This document shows positions 18,376 to 28,452 of a stretch of DNA of 32,354 nt, in pieces (position 1 is the stretch's first letter; each line of letters opens with the position of its first letter). The notes below the pieces were generated by a model. That model saw only the letters and a list, made by a program, of their open reading frames with translations. It did no database searches and had not been told where the DNA came from. This DNA is from Actinomycetota bacterium. Its GTDB lineage: Bacteria > Actinomycetota > Actinomycetes > Nanopelagicales > Nanopelagicaceae. The stretch is taken from NCBI GenBank assembly GCA_009700365.1, contig WLME01000001.1, forward strand, positions 1 through 32,354, written 5' to 3'. A program made the translations under genes and the position numbers.

Positions 18376-20637
18376 CTACTTGAGTGCAGACCTCAAACGG
18401 GTTGCGACCTCTTCGGCTCGTGCGGGAGTGAGCGAGCCACCACCAATTTCTGTGACATATAAGGTGTCGATTGCTTCAGCGCCAAGTGTTGTAACAATGG
18501 CGGAGCGAATATCGATATTGCTCTTGGTGATTGAATCTCCAATGCCAAATAGAAGAGCAGGTCTATCGTGACTTCTGACTTCAATAATCGTTGCATCTGT
18601 CGCTGCATCAGCAAATACATCAACAATGGGATCAGGCACGGGAATCGTTGGTAGCTGTGCGTATGCCTCGATACGCTCCTCAATCCTTCGAGCCAATGAA
18701 CTCTTGTTATCCAGTGCTGCTTGTAGCTCGTAATGGAGCACTTTCTCAGTCAGAACTGGCGCATGCGGATCGGGAATCACAATCCACTGCATCACGGCCG
18801 AATTACCGTGTGATTTTGTGCGAGCTGACCGAACATCAAGTCTGAGCAGATTCAGAACTCCTGCAACAGTTGAGAGGAGTCCAGTCTTATCAGGAACAAC
18901 AATCTCAATGGCATAGATGCTCTCACGCTCTTCAATGGAGACGGCTAGTTCACCTTTTTCGGCTTTGCTGCGTTGCGATTCAGTGAGTTCAGGTTGAAGT
19001 GCAACAGTGTTATCTGTGATTGCGAGTTCGACTTTAGTTACTAGCTCAGCGACAAGTGCTGCTTTCCATTCAGTCCACGCAGCTCGACCCGTTGCCTCAC
19101 CATCTGCAATGCTCAAAGCATGAAGCAGCTCAAGAGTTTGTAGATCAGGGATTACTTCAGCTACTGATGCAATAGTTGCAGGATCATCGAGATCGCGACG
19201 AGTTGCAGTTGCTGATAGAAGAAGGTGATGTTTGACTAACAATTTAATGGTCTCAACATCTTCTTCTGAGAAACCAATTCTCTGCGCAATCGGCTCTATA
19301 AGACGCACTCCGCGCTCTGAGTGATCTTCTTCGGTGCCTTTACCAATATCGTGGAAGAGCGCGCTAAAGAGAAGGAGATCAGGTCTATGGACTTGTCGCG
19401 TAAGCGCTGCAGCATGAACCGCTGTTTCAACCATGTGGCGATCGACAGTATGGCGATGCAAGACATTGCGCTGTGGCAGGGATCGAACGGCTTTCCATTC
19501 AGGAATCCAATGGAAGATGATTTCTTCTTGATCCAGCGCTTCAAATATTTGAACCATCGATGAACCTGCGCCAATAAGAGCGATCAAATTCTCGCGAGCA
19601 TCGCGGGGCCATGGAGTCGGTAGCAGTCCTATTCCGCTGCTCAGACCTGCAGATAGCTTCTCAAGTGAATCCATAGAAATAGGCAACCCGATTTGCGCTG
19701 CAGAGGCAGCTGCTCGTAGTCCTATGACAGGGTCAAGTGCGAAATCGGCATCCTCGCTAATGACAACTTCCTTATTGGAGATTGAAATACCTCGTGAGAG
19801 CGAAGTAGTGCGCACTCGCTTAAAAAATCTGCCGGCACCATCGCCTCCTTTCTGCGCAAGGCGATACCAAGTCGAATCCAATAGGTAATCGACAGAACGT
19901 GCTGCCTGCGCAACTTCACTCATGAGCACATCTGCATCCGCATAACCAAGAATCTCTGCGACTTTATCTTGCTCTTGAAATAGCAATCTATCTTTATCGC
20001 GACCGCTTGCTATATGAAGAGCTTCACGGACATTGGCAAGAATGGATTCAGCGATGCTAACTCTTCCGATAGGCACTGCAATCGCCGACGATGTTGCTAT
20101 CGCGCGCAGGGCAGTAATGTCTCGTAATCCACCACGCGCTTCTTTAAGGTCAGGTTCGAGAAGGTAGGCGAGTTCACCCATCCTTTGATGACGTTCTGTC
20201 AGAGATGCTTCGAGCTGAGGCAGGAAGCGCTTTGAATGTTTTCTCCATGATTCAAGAGCATCAGTCTGCACGGAATCGACCAAGTCTGCGTTTCCACAGA
20301 TCAGGCGAATATCTAGAAGACCCATTGCGACTTTAAGGTCATCTTCTGCCGCACTTCGCATCTCAGAGCGAGTGCGGACAGAATGATCAATCTTTACATT
20401 CTTATTCCATAGCGGATAGAGAATTTTATTGACAAGTTCCGATAGCTCTTCATCGGGAAGCGATCCAGTATGAATAATTGCGATATCTAAATCTGACCCA
20501 GGAGATAGTTCGCCGCGGCCGAAACCTCCGACCGCGGCGATAGCTAACTCGTGCGGATTGGCAGAACTTTCCTCGAAGAGAGAAGAAAGAAGCAGATCGC
20601 CCTCGTTTGATCGTGCACGTCTTTCTCGTGTTCCCAT
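18376..20637 (-). CDS. glnD: PII uridylyl/adenylyltransferase GlnD
   Basis: AVGGFGRGELSPGSDLD nucleotidyltransferase motif, DLKEARGGLRD, HD domain (HTVDRH, FHDIGKG), two ACT domains. Confidence 0.95.
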   Translation of the reverse strand: MGTRERRARSNEGDLLLSSLFEESSANPHELAIAAVGGFGRGELSPGSDLDIAIIHTGSLPDEELSELVNKILYPLWNKNVKIDHSVRTRSEMRSAAEDDLKVAMGLLDIRLICGNADLVDSVQTDALESWRKHSKRFLPQLEASLTERHQRMGELAYLLEPDLKEARGGLRDITALRAIATSSAIAVPIGRVSIAESILANVREALHIASGRDKDRLLFQEQDKVAEILGYADADVLMSEVAQAARSVDYLLDSTWYRLAQKGGDGAGRFFKRVRTTSLSRGISISNKEVVISEDADFALDPVIGLRAAASAAQIGLPISMDSLEKLSAGLSSGIGLLPTPWPRDARENLIALIGAGSSMVQIFEALDQEEIIFHWIPEWKAVRSLPQRNVLHRHTVDRHMVETAVHAAALTRQVHRPDLLLFSALFHDIGKGTEEDHSERGVRLIEPIAQRIGFSEEDVETIKLLVKHHLLLSATATRRDLDDPATIASVAEVIPDLQTLELLHALSIADGEATGRAAWTEWKAALVAELVTKVELAITDNTVALQPELTESQRSKAEKGELAVSIEERESIYAIEIVVPDKTGLLSTVAGVLNLLRLDVRSARTKSHGNSAVMQWIVIPDPHAPVLTEKVLHYELQAALDNKSSLARRIEERIEAYAQLPTIPVPDPIVDVFADAATDATIIEVRSHDRPALLFGIGDSITKSNIDIRSAIVTTLGAEAIDTLYVTEIGGGSLTPARAEEVATRLRSALK

Positions 20638-20644
20638 GTCGCCA

Positions 20645-20650
20645 ATCTTA
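20645..20650 (-). promoter_or_regulatory. Putative -10 element TAAGAT, internal leaderless glnD promoter
   Basis: TANNNT 7 nt upstream of ATG 20637. Confidence 0.55.
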
Positions 20651-20688
20651 TTTGTTCTTCTTCAGTTATTGACTAGCGGATGAACTAC

Positions 20689-22328
<1,640 letters not shown>

Positions 22329-22400
22329 TTCAGGCCCATTTCGATATGAGTTCGAGTGCAGGGTCTCGTCGTTGAGATGGCGTAAAGATGGCGAAGTCGG

Positions 22401-22469
22401 GTTACAACCGATGGTGTGCGAGGTTAAGGGGGCGTCACAAATTGCCCCCATTTGTTACAACTGAGTTAC
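22401..22469 (-). promoter_or_regulatory. GlnR-box array upstream of amtB-glnK-glnD
   Basis: Minus strand GTAAC-N6-GTAAC (22469-22454), GTGAC-N6-TTAAC (22438-22423) and a further GTAAC 22 bp on (22405-22401); fits the actinobacterial GlnR gTnAc-n6-GaAAc repeat. Confidence 0.75.
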
Positions 22470-23302
22470 GCGAGCAGGCCTTCGAGATATGAATCAGAGT
22501 TGAAGGGTGCGAAATCGCCAGCGCCTTCACCTGTGCCAATGTATTTAATCGGGATATCCAGGGAGCTCTCAATTGCTAGAGCTACTCCCCCTCGAGCGCT
22601 TCCATCGAGCTTGGTAAGGATCAGCCCCGTTACTTCTACCGCTTCACTAAATATCTTTGCCTGCGCAAGTCCGTTCTGACCCGTGGTTGCATCAATGACC
22701 AATAAAACTTCTGCAACCGGCAATCCTTTCTCAATGACACGTTTTACTTTGCCTAGCTCTGCCATTAAATCGCTCTTATTGTGCAGGCGTCCCGCAGTAT
22801 CGATGATGAGATATTTACTTTTACTATCAATCGCGCGCTTAACGCTATCGAATGCAACCGATGCGGGCTCTGCGCCTTCTCTTCCTGCGATCACCTCGAC
22901 GCCGATTCGATCTCCCCACGTAGTCAATTGATCAACGGCTGCCGCACGGAAAGTATCTGCTGCAGCAAGAAGAACTGAATCGCCATGGCCATGAAGCAAA
23001 GTGGCGAGCTTGGCCACTGAAGTCGTCTTTCCGGTTCCATTGACACCAACCACCATGACTACATTTGTCGATTGCGAATCTGCAAGAGTGCGTGACTTCT
23101 GCGAAAGTTTTGACGAAAGAATCTCCTTCACAGCAGACTCTGCATCATCTCCACGCATCTTTTGTGCGGCGGATAGAAGTTCGCTTACAAGTGCAGGACC
23201 TAAGTCAGATTGAAGTAGTTCGGTCTCAATCTCAGCCCAATCAAGTGGTGATGCAGTAGAGGTTCCACGAACCTTTGCAATCAGACGATTAAATAGACCC
23301 AT
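22466..23302 (-). CDS. ftsY: SRP receptor FtsY (minimal NG domain)
   Basis: GVNGTGKTT, DTFRAAA, DTAGR, TGQNG, TKLDGSARGG. Confidence 0.97.
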   Translation of the reverse strand: MGLFNRLIAKVRGTSTASPLDWAEIETELLQSDLGPALVSELLSAAQKMRGDDAESAVKEILSSKLSQKSRTLADSQSTNVVMVVGVNGTGKTTSVAKLATLLHGHGDSVLLAAADTFRAAAVDQLTTWGDRIGVEVIAGREGAEPASVAFDSVKRAIDSKSKYLIIDTAGRLHNKSDLMAELGKVKRVIEKGLPVAEVLLVIDATTGQNGLAQAKIFSEAVEVTGLILTKLDGSARGGVALAIESSLDIPIKYIGTGEGAGDFAPFNSDSYLEGLLA

Positions 23303-23321
23303 CGCTTAGAACCTGATTGAA

Positions 23322-26300
23322 CTAGGCGGTTTCAGATTCGCGAAGACGTTGCGAGATAACTTCTGTCACGCCATCGCCACGCATTGTGACTCCGTAGAGC
23401 GCATCCGCGATCTCCATGGTGCGCTTCTGGTGAGTAATAATGATGAGCTGCGAACTCTCGCGAAGCTCTTCCAGAACTGTAAGTAGGCGACCAAGGTTCA
23501 CATCATCGAGTGCGGCTTCTACTTCATCGAGTACGTAGAACGGACTTGGGCGTGCCTTGAAGATTGCAACCAACATCGCAACAGCAGTAAGTGACTTCTC
23601 GCCACCTGAGAGCAGTGAGAGACGCTTAACGCGCTTTCCTGGAGGGCGCGCTTCAACATCCACACCAGTATTGAGAAGATCATCTGGATTTGTGAGGAAG
23701 AGACGACCATCTCCACCTGGGAAGAGTCGCGCAAAGATATCTTTGAAGTGTTCTGCAACTTCTTCATATGCCTGCATGAATATCTGCTGCACACGATCAT
23801 CGACTTCCTTGATGATGTCGAGCAAATCTTTCTTAGTGCGCTTGAGATCTTCTAGCTGTTCGGCCAAGAACTTCAGGCGCTCTTCAAGTGCGTTGTACTC
23901 CTCGAGGGCAAGAGGGTTAATCTTTCCGAGCAGAGTAAGTGAACGCTCTGTTGCCGCCAGGCGCTTCTCTTGCTGATCGCGGCGGTATGGAATTAATTCA
24001 GTAGCAACAATTTCACCAGTATCTGTTTCGATAAATGTTGGGACATCTTTATCTGGGCCGTATTCGGCAATTAGTGTTGGAATATCGATACCGAGCTCTT
24101 CGACGGCCTTATTCTCGAGAGTTTCAACGCGCATACGTTGTTCTGCTCGTGCAATCTCATCGCGGTGCACACTTGATGTGAGTTGGTCGAGTTGTTGTGT
24201 CAATTCGCGATTTCGCGCGCGAACAGTGAGAGTTTCACCTTCGCGGTCAGAACGGTTTACCTCAAGTCGTGAACGTTCAGTCTGAGCCTTTGCAATCGAG
24301 CGTTCGATATGAATAAGTGCTTCATATGCTGCCTCTGCAATTGCTTGCGAAATCACAGCACCGCGTGCACGAGCACCTCGCCTTGATACTGCTCGTTCAG
24401 ATGCTTCACGTTCTGCTTGTGCAGATGTCTCGAGCGCTTGGGCGCGAGCTGCAATCGATGTTAGACGCTCTTCTGATGTGCGCACAGCAAGTCGGGCCTC
24501 AACTTCTGTGGTGCGTGCAGTGGAAACGTCATTTCGGAGAGTTTCAGCGCGTGTGTGATCTGGCTCTGTGATCTCACCGTGGTTCTGTAATTGATTGGAT
24601 GCAATAGATAGCTCGTTCTCATCTCGAGATTTCGCAGCTGTTGCTTCATTGATTGCAAGAGTAAGACGTTCGACTTCAGCGGTTGCAGATTTGATGTTCT
24701 GCCCAGATACTGCAAGTTGTTCAGTAAGGGCAGCGATACGAGCATCTGACTCATTGAGTTTACCGAGCGCTGCATCAAATGCGGCCTGCTTACCTTCAAC
24801 ATCAGTTGCAGCCGATGAGATTTCAAATTTAAGGCGATCGCACTTGTGGTTGAGATCTTCTAGCTTCTTAGTTAAATCATCGACGAGCGCCTTGATTTCA
24901 ATCAACGATGAAGATGATGCTGAACCGCCGCGAGCACGCTTGGATGTGATGACATCTCCATCACGAGTTACCACCGTAACTGTTGGATGTTGGCGAAGAA
25001 TGGATTCTGCGCCGCGCGCATTGTCGGCAACTACCGTTGTCGCAAGAAGGGAGGCTAGGAGTTCAGAGATCTCTGAGGAGCGAACATGGTTGAGAAGTGA
25101 GGTGAGGCCACTTGGTACTTGGCTTGATGAATTGCCACCTGGTTCATATACAAGAACGTCTGCTTGACCAAGGTTCTCACTTCGCAAGGTTGTGAGCGCA
25201 CTGACGGCGGATGAAAGATCTTTTACTACGACTGCATCTGCAAGTGCGCCGAGCGCTGCAGCAGTTGCTGCTTCCCATCCTGAATCAATCTGAATGAGAG
25301 ATGCAATGCTTCCAAGAATCTGAACACCGCGAGAATCGCGAATAAGCGCTGCGGCGCCATCACGCGATGATGAGGTAAGTCGCATCGCCTCTAATTTGGA
25401 TTCGGTGGCGTTTCGTTCACGATCTGCAGCACGTTCTGCTTCAACGAGCTCTGCATGAACACTCTTTGCTGATTCCAGCGCACTCTTAGAGTTATTAAAT
25501 TGCGAATCCAGACCTTGTTCGCCTGCATCGGCGTTACCGATCTCCATCTCAAACTTCGCATAATCACTCTTCGCAGAATCGACTCGAGATTGCGCCTCAG
25601 TACGAGCCGCTTGCAGACGAGAAATTTCTTCAGTGATTGCTTCAAGTCGAGCGGCAAGAGATTTGATATGGCCTTCTTGGCGAGCTGTTCCTTCACGTTG
25701 ATCGGCGATTGCGCGCATTGCAGCAGCAATGGTGTCTTCTTCAGATTTCAGTGCAGCTTCAGCGCTTGCAAGAGATGCGGTAGCAGCAGCAAGTGCACTC
25801 TGTGCTGCAACAACACCGTTACGCAATTGTGCTTCTTCGCTGCGAAGTACAGCAGCTTCTTGATCTAGCGCTACTGGGTCACGACCGGCGCTACGGGCTT
25901 CCTCTGCTTCTTCAGCTAAGAATCGTGAACGCTCTTGCGCCAAAGATTGTGTTCCGCGGAATTTCTCACGCAGGGCGCTGAGTGAGTAGTAATTCTCTTG
26001 CGCCTTAATAAGAAGTGGGCTCTCAAAAGCAGATTGCGCATCGAGTTCTTCTTCACGCCTACGAACCTTGTCGAGTTCTGCTTCTACCTGTCCGCGACGT
26101 TCGCGGAGCGCATTTTCGTCTGCAACTTCTGCATCAAGGGTCTTTGAGAGTGAAATGTAATCATCGGCAAGCAGACGTAACTTGGCATCGCGTAGATCGG
26201 CTTGGATTGTCGCCGCTTTCTTGGCAACCTCTGCTTGTTTACCAAGTGGTCGTAGTTGACGGCGAAGTTCAACCGTAAGGTCATTCACACGTGCAAGATT

Positions 26301-26858
26301 TGCTTGCATCGAGTCGAGCTTACGAAGTGCCTTCTCTTTACGTTTACGATGCTTGAGAACGCCAGCTGCTTCTTCAATAAAGCCACGTCGTTCTTCAGGA
26401 GTTGCCATCAAGATTGCATCGAGTTGGCCTTGTCCCACAATCACATGCATCTCGCGACCAATACCGGAGTCGCTTAATAGTTCTTGGATATCTAACAGTC
26501 GTGATGCTTCACCATTGATTTGATACTCGCTCTGTCCATTACGAAAGAGAATGCGAGAGATAGTTACTTCTGTGTAATCAATTGGTAGTGCGCCATCGGT
26601 GTTATCAATAGTGACGGCAACTTCTGCACGACCCAGTGGTGCGCGCCCCGATGTTCCGGCGAAGATGACATCTTCCATCTTTCCGCCGCGAAGTGACTTT
26701 GCGCCTTGCTCACCCATAACCCAGGTGAGTGCATCAACGACATTTGACTTGCCTGAACCATTGGGACCGACCACACAGGTGATGCCAGGTTCGAGGCGAA
26801 GAGTGGTCGCCGAAGCAAAGGACTTAAATCCTTTGAGGGTCAGACTCTTCAAATACAC
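23322..26858 (-). CDS. smc: Chromosome segregation protein SMC
   Basis: GFKSF, GPNGSGKS, coiled coils and hinge, LSGGEKS, DEVEAALD, ITH. Confidence 0.98.
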   Translation of the reverse strand: MYLKSLTLKGFKSFASATTLRLEPGITCVVGPNGSGKSNVVDALTWVMGEQGAKSLRGGKMEDVIFAGTSGRAPLGRAEVAVTIDNTDGALPIDYTEVTISRILFRNGQSEYQINGEASRLLDIQELLSDSGIGREMHVIVGQGQLDAILMATPEERRGFIEEAAGVLKHRKRKEKALRKLDSMQANLARVNDLTVELRRQLRPLGKQAEVAKKAATIQADLRDAKLRLLADDYISLSKTLDAEVADENALRERRGQVEAELDKVRRREEELDAQSAFESPLLIKAQENYYSLSALREKFRGTQSLAQERSRFLAEEAEEARSAGRDPVALDQEAAVLRSEEAQLRNGVVAAQSALAAATASLASAEAALKSEEDTIAAAMRAIADQREGTARQEGHIKSLAARLEAITEEISRLQAARTEAQSRVDSAKSDYAKFEMEIGNADAGEQGLDSQFNNSKSALESAKSVHAELVEAERAADRERNATESKLEAMRLTSSSRDGAAALIRDSRGVQILGSIASLIQIDSGWEAATAAALGALADAVVVKDLSSAVSALTTLRSENLGQADVLVYEPGGNSSSQVPSGLTSLLNHVRSSEISELLASLLATTVVADNARGAESILRQHPTVTVVTRDGDVITSKRARGGSASSSSLIEIKALVDDLTKKLEDLNHKCDRLKFEISSAATDVEGKQAAFDAALGKLNESDARIAALTEQLAVSGQNIKSATAEVERLTLAINEATAAKSRDENELSIASNQLQNHGEITEPDHTRAETLRNDVSTARTTEVEARLAVRTSEERLTSIAARAQALETSAQAEREASERAVSRRGARARGAVISQAIAEAAYEALIHIERSIAKAQTERSRLEVNRSDREGETLTVRARNRELTQQLDQLTSSVHRDEIARAEQRMRVETLENKAVEELGIDIPTLIAEYGPDKDVPTFIETDTGEIVATELIPYRRDQQEKRLAATERSLTLLGKINPLALEEYNALEERLKFLAEQLEDLKRTKKDLLDIIKEVDDRVQQIFMQAYEEVAEHFKDIFARLFPGGDGRLFLTNPDDLLNTGVDVEARPPGKRVKRLSLLSGGEKSLTAVAMLVAIFKARPSPFYVLDEVEAALDDVNLGRLLTVLEELRESSQLIIITHQKRTMEIADALYGVTMRGDGVTEVISQRLRESETA

Positions 26859-26864
26859 GCGGTA

Positions 26865-26870
26865 AACCTA
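26865..26870 (-). promoter_or_regulatory. Putative -10 element TAGGTT, leaderless smc promoter
   Basis: TANNNT 6 nt upstream of GTG 26858. Confidence 0.6.
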
Positions 26871-26906
26871 CCGTTCAGCGCGCCATTGGTATAAAAGCGA
26901 CTCAGT

Positions 26907-26926
26907 TCAAGTTGTACTTGAGGGTT
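26907..26926 (-). promoter_or_regulatory. Candidate MerR-family (FtsR-like) binding site AACCCTCAAGTACAACTTGA
   Basis: Contains the inverted repeat TCAAGT-N3-ACTTGA, 49-68 nt upstream of the smc start; similarity to the FtsR site is recalled from the literature. Confidence 0.55.
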
Positions 26927-27606
26927 TACTGTGGTGTTTGAGAAAGTAATTCATATGCTGTGCGCGCTGCAGATTGTTCTGCTTCTCGCTTACTTTTTCC
27001 AAGACCTTCGGCAATCGATTCGCCAGAAACCATTGCAACCGCAGTAAAACTCTTATCGTGATCAGGTCCTGTCTCTGTTACGAGATATTCGGGTGAACCT
27101 TTTCCAAGTGCTGCAACTAACTCTTGTAGAGCGGTCTTTCCATCAAGGCCAGCACCTTTGGCCATTGCGCTATCGAGAGTCTCTTTAATGAGAGCGCTAA
27201 TAACTCGTGTTGTGGCATCAAAGCCGCACTCGAGATAGATAGCGCCAAATAGCGCTTCTAGCGCATCTGCAAGAAGTGAGTTCTTATCTCGACCGTTGGT
27301 AACTTCTTCGCCTTTACCAAGTCGAATATATTTTCCCAGTTCGAGAGTTCGCGCAATATCTGCGAGCGCACGCATATTGACGATGCCAGAACGAAGTGGC
27401 GATAAACGGCTCTCATCTAATTCGGGATATTTGAGGTAGAGCTCTTCGGTAACGATGAGACCAAGAACGGAATCGCCGAGAAATTCAAGGCGCTCATTTG
27501 TCGCGGTTAAACCAGTCTCATATGCATAAGACCGATGGGTAAAAGCTAGCTCGAGTACTTCCGGAGAGAGGCTAATTCCGAGTTGCTCAAGAAGTTTTGA
27601 GTACAG
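26926..27606 (-). CDS. rnc: Ribonuclease III (probable CTG start)
   Basis: Frame extends 77 codons upstream of the tracked ATG and includes AFTHRSYAYE and NERLEFLGDSVL; LADALEALFGAIYL and dsRBD downstream; 226 aa from CTG 27606. Confidence 0.93.
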   Translation of the reverse strand: MYSKLLEQLGISLSPEVLELAFTHRSYAYETGLTATNERLEFLGDSVLGLIVTEELYLKYPELDESRLSPLRSGIVNMRALADIARTLELGKYIRLGKGEEVTNGRDKNSLLADALEALFGAIYLECGFDATTRVISALIKETLDSAMAKGAGLDGKTALQELVAALGKGSPEYLVTETGPDHDKSFTAVAMVSGESIAEGLGKSKREAEQSAARTAYELLSQTPQ

Positions 27607-27607
27607 A

Positions 27608-27781
27608 TCAGACCTCTAGAACCTGACGGCGGTTATAGGTACCGCATGTTGGGCATGCAACGTGGTTGAGCTTTGGCTGCTGACACTGTTGGCATGTTGA
27701 GATAGCCGCTGCAGTTGTCTTCCACATGCTTCGTCGTGAACGTGTCTTCGAACGAGACATTTTTCGCTTTGGTACTGGCAC
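27608..27781 (-). CDS. rpmF: 50S ribosomal protein L32 (four-Cys zinc-ribbon form)
   Basis: Not in the ORF track (57 aa): MPVPKRKMSRSKTRSRRSMWK...CQQC...HVACPTCGTYNRRQVLEV; GTG start with SD AAGGA. Confidence 0.96.
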   Translation of the reverse strand: MPVPKRKMSRSKTRSRRSMWKTTAAAISTCQQCQQPKLNHVACPTCGTYNRRQVLEV

Positions 27782-27858
27782 GGTAATCGTCCTTTATCTT
27801 GATGAAATCTAGTGAGCTACAAACGTGTGGTCTGCCGCCGTTATGGGGTAAGTATCGC

Positions 27859-28437
27859 TTATTTCTCGGGATTGCCAAAATCGAGATTCTCAAGGCCCGA
27901 CCAGCGAGCATCGATGACCTCATGAGCGTGGTCTTCCGGCAGGCTCGCCCACTTCTCCCCGCAATCTGGGCAGAGCCCCAAGCACTCCTCGGAGCAGAGT
28001 GGGTTCACAGGTAAGGTCAAAATAATTGCATCAATGATTGGAATCTCAAGGTTCATGAGATCACCTTCCATCTGAAGTTCATCATCGATATCGAGGTCAA
28101 TATCTTCATCATCGCGCCTCTTCTTGCGACCTTTTTCATTGGTCGGTTCATATCGGTAGAGCTCTTGAATCTTGCGATCGATAACTACTTCAACGGACTC
28201 GAGGCAACGAATACATTCGCCAATCGCAACGGCGTAAATTTCAGCGCTCAGAAGCACGCCCTCAGTGACAGATTCAAGGCGAATATCGGCCTCAATGACA
28301 TCGCCTTCAGGCACAGCAATGAGCGGCACTCCGATACGAGTTGGCGCCTCGATATCGAGCTCATACTCCTTGAGTTCGCCGGTTCGACGCGGAAGCTCGT
28401 AGGTGTTGAGAATAAAGGGGGTGTTCTTCTTACTCAT
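27859..28437 (-). CDS. yceD: YceD/DUF177 metal-binding protein
   Basis: ECIRCL and PLCSEECLGLCPDCG, DARW; conserved position upstream of rpmF. Confidence 0.92.
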   Translation of the reverse strand: MSKKNTPFILNTYELPRRTGELKEYELDIEAPTRIGVPLIAVPEGDVIEADIRLESVTEGVLLSAEIYAVAIGECIRCLESVEVVIDRKIQELYRYEPTNEKGRKKRRDDEDIDLDIDDELQMEGDLMNLEIPIIDAIILTLPVNPLCSEECLGLCPDCGEKWASLPEDHAHEVIDARWSGLENLDFGNPEK

Positions 28438-28452
28438 CGTTGACGCTCTTAA

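Noticed and set aside
22329-22451. N-terminal extensions of AmtB (also RpsP, RimM and CoaD) in the ORF track
   Set aside because: The extensions run through promoters, leaders or neighbouring genes; downstream starts match the family N-termini
23322-26858. SMC as part of a Wadjet/MksBEF-type defence system
   Set aside because: Canonical housekeeping smc between rnc and ftsY, with no jet/mks neighbours
26905-26924. HspR HAIR or SoxR box upstream of smc
   Set aside because: Half-site sequence and spacing do not fit CTTGAGT-N7-ACTCAAG, the spacer is one base longer than a SoxR box, and the site is not between -35 and -10
26926-27375. rnc as a truncated 149-aa protein or pseudogene
   Set aside because: The frame stays open and conserved for 77 more codons, including the catalytic signature; a CTG start with an SD explains it
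27604-27616. prfB-like +1 frameshift fusing L32 to RNase III at GTC-TGA-T
   Set aside because: A P-site tRNA on GUC could not re-pair on UCU, so there is no slippery site; CTG initiation is simpler
27795-27812. Second TamR-like site in the rpmF leader (TATCTTGATGAAATCTAG)
   Set aside because: Only the left half matches; there is no dyad symmetry
27633-27923. 96-aa minus-strand ORF between yceD and rnc
   Set aside because: It is an off-frame overlap of the real 57-aa rpmF gene
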